A DNA stretch of 64,000 nucleotides, taken from Takakia lepidozioides. Taxonomy: Eukaryota > Plantae > Bryophyta. The stretch lies in NCBI GenBank assembly GCA_030704615.1, contig CM060732.1:26598001-26662000 (forward strand), written 5' to 3'. Positions 52,940-64,000 of the stretch are shown one piece after another. Below the pieces are notes generated by a model that had not been told where the DNA came from, did no database searches, and saw only the letters and a list, made by a program, of their open reading frames with translations. How positions within the stretch are numbered: the first letter of the stretch is position 1; each line of letters starts with the position of its first letter. The position numbers and the translations under genes were made by a program.

Positions 52940-55900
52940 TCACCAGTAATCCCCACAAGAACAAATTCCATCTTCAAAGTGGTGAAAGCGGTTAGCGTCC
53001 CGTACAACAATTGCCCGGCCAACAATCTTTGAGATGAATTTGGTGGAGGTGTGGCAGTCACCACACACTCGAAGATTCTTGATGAGACGGAGAGGCGTCC
53101 TAGGGGTCGTGCTGATCAGCCCAAAACCAATGGCCAGCTTCTCACTGTGGTGGCAAAGAGAAAATTCCTTTTCCTCCTCCCCCACATCATGCAATACAAA
53201 GCGCGTGTCAGGCACATACCCCGCCTCCTTCATCTGCCCAGACAATCTTCTCAGCTCAGCATGGATTTCCTTAATTTTGGGATGCAATTTGTCATCTACA
53301 ACGAAGGTGTGCACCCTGTTGCCAACCTCAATGCAGCAGCGACCTGGCTCCTTTCTAACCCCTCTAACCTTCATCATTCTTCTCACCTTTGCAGTATCAT
53401 CCCACCTGCCAGCTGAGGCATAGATGTTAGATAGCAACACATAAGTTGCAGCATCCTGTTCATCCCACTTGAGGATAGATTTTGCCGCACGTTCAGCCAT
53501 CTCCACATTGCCATGGATTCTGCAGGCACCAAGCAAGGCCTTCCACACCATAACATCTGGATTGATTGGCATTTTATTAATCAGGTCCACTGCCTCATCC
53601 AGTTGTCCCGCACGTCCAAGAAGGTCCACCATACAGCCAAAGTGCTTTACTGTCGGAGTGACACCATGATCTTGAGTCAGGGAATCAAAGTAGCGTCTTC
53701 CTTCATTCAGTAGGCCAGTGTGGCTGCATGCAGAGAGAACACATATAAAGGTGATACTGTCCGGCTTCAAACCTTTCTTTTGCATTCCTTCAAATAGTTG
53801 CAGGACCTCCCTATGACAACCATGCTGGGCATATCCTGCGATCATTGCGTTCCACGACACCACATCTCGTTCAGCCATCGTGTTGAACACTCCTTTCGCA
53901 TCCTCAATGCTCCCACATTTGGCATACATGTCCACCAGGGCAGTGTTCAGGACGACATCTGGTACAAGTCCAGATTGGATGATGTCACCATGCACCTCTT
54001 TGCCCTTTTCCAGGGCTGCCAGGCTTGCACAAGCATTGCAAACGCACACAACGTGATGTGGTTGGGCTTCACCCCTTCCCCCATCATTTGCTCATAGGTC
54101 TCCAAAGCCTCCATCCCCCGCCCCTGCTGTGCATATCCTGCAAGCATGGCGTTCCATGACACCAAATCTCGTTCAGCCATATTGTTGAACACTCCCTCCG
54201 CATCCTCAATGCTCCCACATTTGGCATACATGTCCACCAGGGCAGTGTTGAGAATGACATCGGGTACAATTCCAGATTTGACGATGTCACCATGGACCTC
54301 TTGGCCCTTTTCCAGGGCTGCCAGGCTTGCACACGCATTGCAAATGCAAACAAACGTTATGTGTGGGTTGGCGTCACCCCTTCGCACATCATTTGCTCAT
54401 AGGTCTCCAAAGCCTCCATCCCACGCCCTTGCTGTGCATATCCTGCAATCATCGCACTCCACGACACCACATCTCGTTCACCCATACTGTCAAACACTCC
54501 CTTTGCCTCCTCGATGCACCCACATTTTGCATACATGTCCACGAGGGTATTGTTCAGAATGACATTTGGTACAATTCCAGCTCTGACAATGTCGCCATGG
54601 ACGTCTTTGCCCTTTTCCAGAGCTGCCAGCCTTGCAACACTGCCGTTTGCAAACGAAACAAAACGTGCTGGGGTCGGGCTTCACCCCTTCCCGCATCATT
54701 TTGCTCATAGGTCCTCCAAAGCCTCCATCCTGTGCCCCTGCTGTGCATATCCTGCAATCATCGCGCTCCACGACACCACATCTCGTTCAGCTATATTGTC
54801 AAACACTCGCTTTGCATCCTTGATGCACCCACATTTGGCATACATGTCCACCAGGGCAGAGTTCAGAATGACATCGGGTAACATTCCAGCTTTGACAATG
54901 TCATGGACCTCTTTCCCCTTTAGAGCTGCCAGGCTTGCACATGCATTGCAAATGCACACAAACGTGATGTGGTTGGGCTTCACCCCTTCCCCCATCATTT
55001 GATCATAGATCTCCAAAGCCTCCATCCCACGTCCCTGCTGTGCATCCCTGCAAGCATCGCGTTCCACGACACACAATCTCGTTCAGCCATATTGTTGAAA
55101 AAACTCCCTTCGCATCCTTAATGCACCCACATTTGGCATACATGTCCACCAGGGCAGTGTTCAGGATGACATCTGGTACAATTCCAGCTGTGACGATGTC
55201 ACCATGGACCTGTTTCCCCTTTTCCAGGGCTCCCAGGCTTGCACACGCATTGCAAACACAAACAAATGTGATGCGGTTGGGCGTCACCTTCGCGCGCATT
55301 TGCTTCATAGGTCTCCAAAGCATTCCTACCACACCGATGCTTGGTAAATCCTGCCAACATTATATTCCACGTGATCAAAGATCGTTGAGGCATCTCGTTG
55401 AACACTTGGTGAGCACTCATGATGCTCCCGCACTTAACATACATGTTGACAAGGGTGTTGAGGAGAAAAACACTTGGCGTGAATCCACTTTGGATAATGT
55501 GAGTGTGGACCTGCTTTCCAGCTTCCAGACCTTTCATCTTGATGCACTTAAGCAAGAGACAGACATACATATCTGAATCTGCTGAAATGCCTCCTTGGTT
55601 CAGAGCCTGTAGAGCCTCTTTCAGTCTGCCTGCCTCACAAAGCATCTTCACATGCCCAGAAGAGCCAGAAGAGGCATTATGGACTCCCTCTCTTGATCCT
55701 CTTTCAGAAGCTGTGATCGTGGTTGAGGTGCCTGATTTTATCATCTGTGCGGCTGCAGCTGCTGCCTTTAGTTGACCATCTACCCATGCAGGTTTCTTGT
55801 AGCTATTGATCCACAGGGAATCATAGATAATCTTGTGCTTGAAATCTGGCCCTCTTGGATGAATCTGGACCCACACTGTATCCCTGCTCCTTCAGCTATC

Positions 55901-58099
55901 ACTGCCTCTGCACAAATCATGTATACATCCTTGCCTTGCAGCTGATAATGACAGCCTAGATTTGTTCTAAGAAACACCCAACTCAGCTTATCACACTAGT
56001 TCCTATGCTGAATTCTGTCTGCTACTCTCTATTATCCAACAGGCATTCACCTTTTTGCCTCGGATGTCCCACCATTGACTGGGGTCAGAAAAGTATTCAT
56101 TCCACAGGTTCTCCTCATCTCTAATACATGTTTTGGATACTTTCCTGTTGTCACATTGGCAGTATCATGTCAAAGTCACTCCAAACTAGATTCACTCAAA
56201 CAGCTAACTTGCAGAATTCAACATGGAAATTTAGGGCCGATTCTGATAAGAGGGAAAAACAAGGTGAAATGTGTTGAAGAAGGTACCTTCATTAGCAGTG
56301 CCTGATTTTATCAATTGTGCCGCTGCTGCTGCTGCTTCCAGTTGACCATCTACCCATGAAGGTTTCTTGTAGCTGTCCGTCCACAGGGAATCATAGGTAA
56401 TCTTGAGCTTGAAATCTGGCCCTCCTGGATGAATCTGGACCCAACTCTATCCCCGCTCCTTCAGCTATCCATGTCTCTACACCAATCATGCATATATCCT
56501 CGCCTTGCTGCTAGCAGCTAACAATGACAGCCTAGATTTGTTCTAGCAAACCCCCAACCCTACTTATCACACTAGTTCTTATGCTGACTTATGCTTCCAA
56601 CAGGCATTCACCTTTTTGCCTCGATTGTTCCACCCTTGACTGCGGTCGGAAACATATTCATTCCAGAGCTTCTCCTCGTCTCTGTTTATCTGTTTTTCGA
56701 TACTTTCCTATTGCCACATTGGCAGTAACATGTCAAAATCACTCCAAAACCACCACCATAGACCAACCAGCCAGAGCGAGCTAACTTGCAGAATTCAACC
56801 TGAAATTTTAGGGACGACTCTGATAACAGGGAAAAACAGGCTGACATGTGTTGAAGAAGGTGCCTTCATTAGCAGTGCCTGGTTCTATCAATTGTACTGC
56901 TGCCGCTGCTGTTTCCAGTTGACCATCTACCCACCAGGTTTCTTGTAGCTATTGATCCACAGGGATCAGAAGTAATCTCTTGTGTTTGAAATCCGGCCCT
57001 CTTGGATGAATCTGGACCTATCCCTGGTCCTTCAGCTATCCCCTGCCTGTGTAAAAATCATGAATACATCCTCAGCCTTGCTGCTAACAGCTGACACTGA
57101 CGGCATGAAGTTCTTCCAGCAAACACCCCAACCCTACTTAACAGTAGTTCCATTCTGAATTGTATCCGCTTCTCTCTGTAATCCAACAGGCATTCACCTT
57201 TTTGTCTCCGTTGTCCCAACATTGACTCGGGTCGGAAAAGTGTTCATTCCAAAGCTTCTCCTCATCTCTGTTTTCTCTCTATTATCTGTTTTTGGATACT
57301 TTCCTGCTGCCACATCGGCAGTAACTTGTCAAAGTCACTCCAAACCACCACAGATCCCCAACGAGCTAATTACAGAATTCAAACATGCAATTCAGGGCCG
57401 AGTCTGAAGAGAGGCAAAACAGGCTGAAATAGGTCGAAGAAGAAGGTGCCCTCACCACATTGTCCTTGACCTTGTGTCACGACCCATGGAGGATTTGACC
57501 GACCATCAACCCAAAAGGACCTCTTGTGGTGCGGCTTTTGTCTGTAGTCAGGTAATGTCGGATTGGTCTGTGAGAACCACCACGGTGCAGCTGAGCAGGC
57601 ATAGATTGAAACACGGCCTGCTAAGACCAAGACTCTCCCAAGAACCTTGTAAACGTCAGGAAGAATACAAAATCATGGTACTAACAGGAAGAGCCAAGAG
57701 CCCACATCTGCAGGATGGACAAACTTCTTCACATTGTACATTAAGAAAAAGCCACACCTTGCGATTGCGGTTGTCCCACCATCGTGAAGGATCTCTAAAA
57801 AACTCATGCCAGCTCTGCTACGTGCTCCAAGGTACAGGTTTGTGCTCGAAAATCCGACAGCATCAACATTTGAACAAGTCCTTTACTGAGGGTGTGCTAG
57901 TGAGCTTTCTACAACATTCATGCAAGTTGTTTTGGGCTCCATTGGGCTCTACACGATGAGGAACACAGATGCTAACCCAGCTTATGTTTGCAGTCTGTAG
58001 ATTGTAGAGTGGTCTCTGAAAACGACCAGGGAGGAAGGCGCTGAGCAGCCACAGTCTTTCACCCTGGCCCTTGGCATTGGAGTTTTTCACACCTTCCAT
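52940..58099 (-). pseudogene. PDF(x4)-PLS-PPR-E-DYW gene copy 2 (intact 369-aa C-terminal ORF; upstream frameshifts as assembled)
   Basis: ORF 55199-55876 joins PRGPDFKHK...WVDGQL to the first PPRs. ORF 52940-54049 has E domains, KEPG, HHSEKLA, RVCGDCH and CSCGDYW. PDF half-exon donors at about 57757, 57197, 56610 and 56050. Confidence 0.9.
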
Positions 58100-58174
58100 A
58101 TACTCTTATTTTTCAGTATTCGTTAAGAGAAAATCAATGAAATGATGGGCTGGGATTCCTTTCCTCAGTTTATT

Positions 58175-59250
58175 CCAGTGTTGTGCGGGTTGTGCCTTTT
58201 TAAAGACCCTGCCGGATCCGGCTAACGGTAATTTTTTGGAGCCTACTCCGGGTCCGGATCCGGGTTTTTAAACACAGTCGGGTCCGGGTAGTTGCTGGAA
58301 TTATTGACGGGTTCACGGGTTCGGATCCGGGCCCTGATTAATTGATTAAATAAATTAGAAAAATGATATTAATTAGATTTTTTTGTCATATTAAAATATA
58401 TAAATGTCAGATAAATATCAAGAATATTCTTAAAATATTCTTGAAAAGATGCGAGAGCGGAACTAAAATGTGCGATTTGTGCTCACGAGCATACTTATGT
58501 GAGCACAAACCACACGAAGAGAAATAGACACGGGAGAAATAGGCACAAAATGAGTTATGAATATGGACGGGCACCCTATTTCCGTGGTTTATTTTTCTGT
58601 ACGCACAAGCACATAACAATTCGTCAGAGAAATAAACCAATCTCACGTTGTCACTTATATGCAAAACCAAACACAACACATTATGTTTCGCCCACGAAAC
58701 CACAGGATAATGACCTACGCAACGATACCTGGAATTTTCGCCGACGAAACCCAATATATTGCTGTCGAAATCCAATATTTTGCTGGCAAAACCCATTAAT
58801 CCGCTGGCAAAATCTGTTATATTGCTGGCAAACACCATTATTTCGCTCAATACCTTGATTTTTTTCGTTAACGGAACCCATTGTTTGCCTCAATATATTA
58901 AATTGTTCAACTATTGTTTGGTATTTGTGTGTTTTGGATGGTGTTGGTTATTGTGACTTTGTTTTTCGTTAATGTGTTATTCTTTTGTAGGATACCCAGA
59001 TTGTAGATATGTAGACCTTGGAGCTTGTAGATATACATTATGGGTGTCTATTCCGCATTAGGGTTTTGGGTTTAGGGACATAAATAGGCACAAAAACCCT
59101 ATAAATGCACCGTGTCTCTATATCCGCCAATGGTTTAATTCCGTTTTGAAAACATATAACTCCTGTGACCGCGGTTTAAAAACGTAAAATCCCCATGACC
59201 GTGGGTTTGTGCTCACGTGAGCTCTGCTCACCGCTGTGCTCACGTCCCAC
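58175..59250. mobile_element. Possible hAT-like non-autonomous element
   Basis: CAGTGTTG start, CCGGATCCGG/CGGGT clusters at 58210-58330, AT-rich body, GCTCAC clusters at 58480 and 59210. No TIR pair or TSD confirmed. Confidence 0.3.
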
Positions 59251-60152
59251 CAACCCCCGATTCAAGTCATCCCGGAAGAGGAAATGGATATAAACCCTTG
59301 GAACCGGCATATTGGTGGAGATGCGTGGTAGCAATGTTGTTACCATGAATGGATGTGTTTAATCATTGAAAGAGATTGGATGTGGCAGGGAATAAGATAC
59401 GAACAGTATGGGCAGAATGACGACGTACCAAGCTCTATGCTTTTGTAACTCCGCTGCTAAGTCGTGTGAGTTACATCTCTGCTGTGCGTCATGGCGTCTT
59501 CTTCTAAATCTGCTCATGCGAACTGAAAAATCACTGCAGAACGTAACTTTCAGTTAACATTTGTGCACGAGCTCCAAGTGTGTTTAAGTGAAGACATTTG
59601 TAAGTATACTGAGTTCGCCAAAGGTGAGCCGTGGCCTAGACCTCAGCTCGAGCTTGACACCCCCTCTGACTTTTGGGTTAAGAAGAAGAGGCAGCCAAGG
59701 TGGTCACAACCAAAGCCCAAAAGCGTAAGGAATAGCGAAAGATTGACACGGCTCTGCAAAGCGTGGGTTGGGAGGTTGCTTCAAATGTTGCATACGGATG
59801 AGATTTCACAAAAAAAAAATTGCTGTGATCAAGTAGCGCATGCGTGCTGGCAAGCTCTTGAGCTGGGTGGAATAGATATCCCACAATTTACTGTAACAAG
59901 GGAGGTGGGGTGTCGTCTGCACATGGAGCATTGATTTTACAAGATGTAGGATTGGTTGACTGCCCCTGCTGATTAGCTGTAAGCCTTCGCAGCACATACG
60001 AGACCTGCTGCTTCCCAAACCCTCACCTCAGCTCAGAAAACTCACTTCCAGTAAGTTCTCCACGATATCAAGGTGGGAGATCACCTCACTGACGCTCAAA
60101 AGGTTCGATTCCATAAATTTTTACTATCTAATCTTGATCTCTTTAGCCAGGG

Positions 60153-60683
60153 TGTCGTGCGCATACATATCGCTACACAACTACATCGCTGTCCAAACCA
60201 CACCACACATATATGCACAATAAAGTAGTCTGCCACAATGATAAGAAAGCTAAAAGGACACACACACTCCCAACACAAAAAAATATGAAATCCATCGCTA
60301 TCACTCTTTAAAACAGAAGTCGAGCCAGGGGCACCCCAAGCTGTGGGGACTCCACCCCACAACAACCTACACTCCCATCATGAGCACACTCAGTCCTAAA
60401 CGATGCAGGAGCTCGGTCGCGCAGGCTCAACTCGAGAAAGATGAGCCGCGCGACTGCCGCTCTCGTGAAGATAAGACGGACCAGGTGTCAAACTAAACTT
60501 GACACCTGATTTAACACTTGACCTAAATCCAAGTGTTAAATACAAATAACTAGTTTTATTCTAGCTGTTTTCACACTGTGCTTATTTAACTTGACAGCTG
60601 TCGTGCGCATACATATCGCTACACAACTACATCGCTGTCCAAACCACACCACACATATATGCACAATAAAGTAGTCTGCCACA
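60153..60683 (-). repeat. Putative 3' LTR region with two identical 85-bp TG...CA direct repeats (60153-60237, 60599-60683)
   Basis: On the minus strand, PPT AGGGGGGCGA is followed by TGTGGCAGAC...GCGCACGACA, which recurs 446 bp later. Confidence 0.8.
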
Positions 60684-60943
60684 ATCGCCCCCCTAGCTGG
60701 TGGATAGGTCCCTCTACCTCCAGATAGCTACAAGATGTAATAGCCACAGCCGTACTAAGTCCTCTATCACTGTCCCTATTGTACTCAAACTCTATAGACC
60801 AAGAGGCCGGGTACAAGAGTAGCCCCATCGTTAGTCGCCATCTTGCAATCTGTGAACTTGAGCCAGGACCTCGTGTGTTCAAGGTCTCCTAGTAGCTGGG
60901 CCTTGCGTTTCTTGTTAGCCTTCCATGGTTGTATCCACTCCCA

Positions 60944-63900
60944 CTATCCAATGCAATGTGGACATAACCAATCCCCATCCGGAACCATCTCAAGAGGTGG
61001 AGTCAAGCATCCCATATGCCAACCTCTAGAGCATCGATCGCACACCAGCATGGTGGCTGCCCCTTTAGCAGACCCACACAACATGCACCTCAAACCTGCA
61101 GATACCACTACCAGGTTTGGGTCAATCCTGCCATCAACATTCGGAAGGTGACATGGCGCACAATTACGCACATGGTCCTTCCAAGTTATGCCATCCCGAC
61201 CCTCCAAGACCAAGACGCCTGAGGGCAAGACCTCTCGAACCCTCAAAATAACACGTCCTGCAGTCACATCCAGGGTCGTAGGAGCAGTCTGCTGCAGATA
61301 GACATAGTCACCAGGGTTGAATCTCCGAACCCCAGGACGATAGCCCCCACCACGTATGGTAGCATACCTCAACGTATCACGGTGTTGTGCAATGGCAAGG
61401 TTCTCGAAAGCCATGGGCATGACTCTCTTGAACAACTCTGCACGCTGCTCACATGCACGTGCCCACACGTCCGGATCGTCAAGGTTAAGAACTGTAGCAG
61501 CTTCTCTGCGAATGGATGTAGGCAAATCCGGCTCTCGGCCAAAGAGAAGAAAGTATGGTGAGAAAGGAGGCAAGTGATGCTTGCTTGCTGAACCTGTAGC
61601 CCATGGCTAACCAGGGTAACTGAAGGTCCCAATCTCCTAGGTGTCCCTTCTGCAAGCCATACTTGCGCAAACCCCTCTTTACTGTCTGAACAACTCTCTC
61701 TGCCAAGCCATCGGCTTCAGGATGATCCCGAGAAGTGGTGCGGTGGTCTATCAAGGCCTTGTCACACAAAGCCTGAAACTCCCCCAAGAACTCTCTCCCT
61801 TGGTCCGTGAGTACCTCAGCTGGAGCACCGAATCGGCTAAGCACACAATCCAGGAATGCATACGCAGCTCCCTCACTAGCCTTATCAGGCAATGGAACCA
61901 ATTCAATCCACTTGGAGAAGTGCTCCACCATCACCAACACGTACTTGTTGTGGCGCATGGTCAGTGGCAACGGCCCTGCGAAGTCAAGACTCCACCTGTA
62001 GCCCAATCCCATGATCGGAAGAGGGTGCAATTGTGGAGTAGGGGCGTTGAATGAAGCACGCACCCTGTCACACACCATGCACCTAGCCACAAATTGTTGC
62101 ACCTCTGTGTGCATACCACGCCACCAATACTGCCCCTGCAGTAGACTATGAGTGCGTCGCACCCCAAAATGCCCCAACTCCTCATGGGCATGCCGCACTA
62201 ACCGTGCCCGCTGTGTTGGGTGAGGCACAATCCTCACTCGACCATCCTCCCACACTCGGAGCAGGTGTGTCCCCTCCCACCTGAACCTCTTGGCTCGTTG
62301 TAGGATCCGATCCCTCTCCTTGGCAGTCATAGTGGCTGCCGTGTCTCCACTGCGGAGGTAGTCCAACACAACTGAATCCTCATGTATATCTTTGGCGCCA
62401 CCCTGCTCATTGCTGGCCTCAGGGTCCTCAGACACTTGATCTACAGTCATCCCTGTTGTAGGTCCAACCTGGCCTTCCGCTGCAAAGATACACAGAAATG
62501 CAGATGCATGCCATCCGGGCACCATCTCCTCGTCCGTCTCACCATGCCACCGAGCTCCAGTGTCATCCTGCTGGCTCGTGCATGGATTGCGACTCAACCC
62601 ATCTGCATTTCGATTGACCAAACCCGGTCGATGCACCACCTGAAAGTCATACTCTTGAAGGATGAGTGCCCACCGTGCAAGCTTCCCCGTAAGCTTGTCT
62701 GACTCCATCAACCACTTGAGTGGTTGGTGATCCGTGACAAGGGTGAAGAGATTGCCGTATAGATAGCACCTGAAGTGTGCCACGGCCCACACTGCAGCTA
62801 AGCATTCTCCCTCATATGAGCTATACTTAGACTCTGCAGCATTGTTCGAGCGGCTAGCATAAGCCACTACGAACTCTCTTCCCTCATCATCCACCTGTGT
62901 GAGCACCGCTCCAAGCCCCAGCATGCTCCAATCTGTATGCAGCTGAAAAGGACGCCCCCTGATAGGTCGTCTCAAGATGGGCGCCGAGGTCAACCTCGCC
63001 TTGAGCTCTTGAAAAGCTTGTTCTTGCTCATCTTCCCACTGCCACTCCTGGTCCACCTTGGTCAGCTTGGTTAGAGCCTTTGCAATGGCACTAAATCCCT
63101 TAACAAACCGTCTGTAATAGTTTGCTAACCCCATGAAAGCTCGAACTCGGCTCACATCCGTGGGGCGTGGAACCTGTGCAATGGACTCTACCTTAGTCTG
63201 CTGTACCCCCAATCCTCCAGGATATATCATGTGACCCAGATACTCAATCTGGTTGTGGAAAAACTTGCACTTGCCCGGATGTAACTTCAATCCGTGCGTC
63301 CTCAAGCGCTCAAATACCCCCTGAAGGTGTCTCTCATGCTCCTCCACCGTAGCACTAAAGATGATGATGTCATCTATGTAGCACCGAGCAAACTCCACCC
63401 CTGCTAGAATCCTGTCCATGACTCTTTGAAACTCAGCGGGAGCGTTTTTAAGCCCAAATGGTAAGAACCGCCACTGGTATAGGCAATCCTTCCCGTGCTC
63501 ATTGATCCCCCAGAATGCCGTCTTTTGCTTATCCGCCTCCTTGATCGGCAACTGGTGATATCCGGATCGTAAATCCAACGTGCTAAAGACCTTGGAATGC
63601 CCAATGGCATCAAAGATCTCCTCTGGTGTTGGCATGGCATACCTATCGGACTTGGTCTGACGATTTACAGGCCGGTAATCACCGCACATACGTCTCTCCG
63701 TCCAATTGCCATAGACATCCTTCTTAGCTGGCATCACTGTGGCTGAAGCATACTCTCCACCAGAGAGCTCCACCAAACCTGCCTCCCAGAGATCTTGAGT
63801 CCTCATCTGAATCAAAGACCTCTCCATGTCACTGTATCTATAGGGTCTCCGAAAGATTGGCGTGTCAGTGGCCAACTCAATACGGATCTCTTGACCCTTC

Positions 63901-64000
63901 AGTGCTCCCAAGTCCTTCAAACTGAAGGCAAAGCAATTCCTGTAAGCCCTCAGGAACCGCCGTATACGTCGTCTCTCTCCTCCGGTGACAATGGGTCCAA
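60944..64000 (-). CDS. Ty3/gypsy pol (RT-RH-INT) with a C-terminal PHD finger; one frameshift near 61560; continues beyond the window
   Basis: RMCGDYRPVN, LDLRSGYHQ, YIDDI, LHTDWS, GHFG..CMVC, WSLDFAGP; C4HC3 CMLC...CDRCSRGWHMGC...WLCPHC. Confidence 0.93.

Noticed and set aside
52940-53350. U-to-C (DYW:KP-type) editor
   Set aside because: The domain has a PG box, HSE and a terminal DYW, i.e. the C-to-U type.
48140-55300. Programmed frameshifting or editing as an explanation for the PPR frameshifts
   Set aside because: The indels differ between copies and occur throughout the window, so decay or consensus error is simpler.
48089-55576. Long antisense ORFs over the PPR arrays
   Set aside because: Shadow frames of repetitive coding sequence.

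Overview
Eukaryotic nuclear DNA, most likely from a non-seed land plant (inferred from the PLS-DYW PPR genes, a DSI-1VOC orthologue and GT-AG introns). Many 1-bp indels in both genes and TEs could be decay or unpolished long-read error. Contents: (1) a 3-exon DSI-1VOC glyoxalase-family gene at 3.5-5.1 kb. (2) A heavily rearranged 8-45 kb block with two copies of a P-element-like DDE transposase, scattered pieces of a multi-exon gene joining a ParB/Srx-like domain to a beta-class amino-DNA-methyltransferase-like domain (with a palindromic satellite in one intron), a chromovirus fragment, and a Ty3/gypsy element whose halves are in swapped order yet share a 5-bp TSD and rejoin in frame. (3) An inverted, convergent pair of PLS-PPR-E-DYW genes, each with 3-4 tandem N-terminal OSB-type PDF ssDNA-binding motifs. 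(4) A Ty3/gypsy element with a PHD finger after integrase. The best candidates for undescribed systems are the PDF-PPR-DYW fusion and the ParB-MTase gene with its palindromic repeats and neighbouring P-like transposase. All family calls come from motif recognition by eye; no searches were run.
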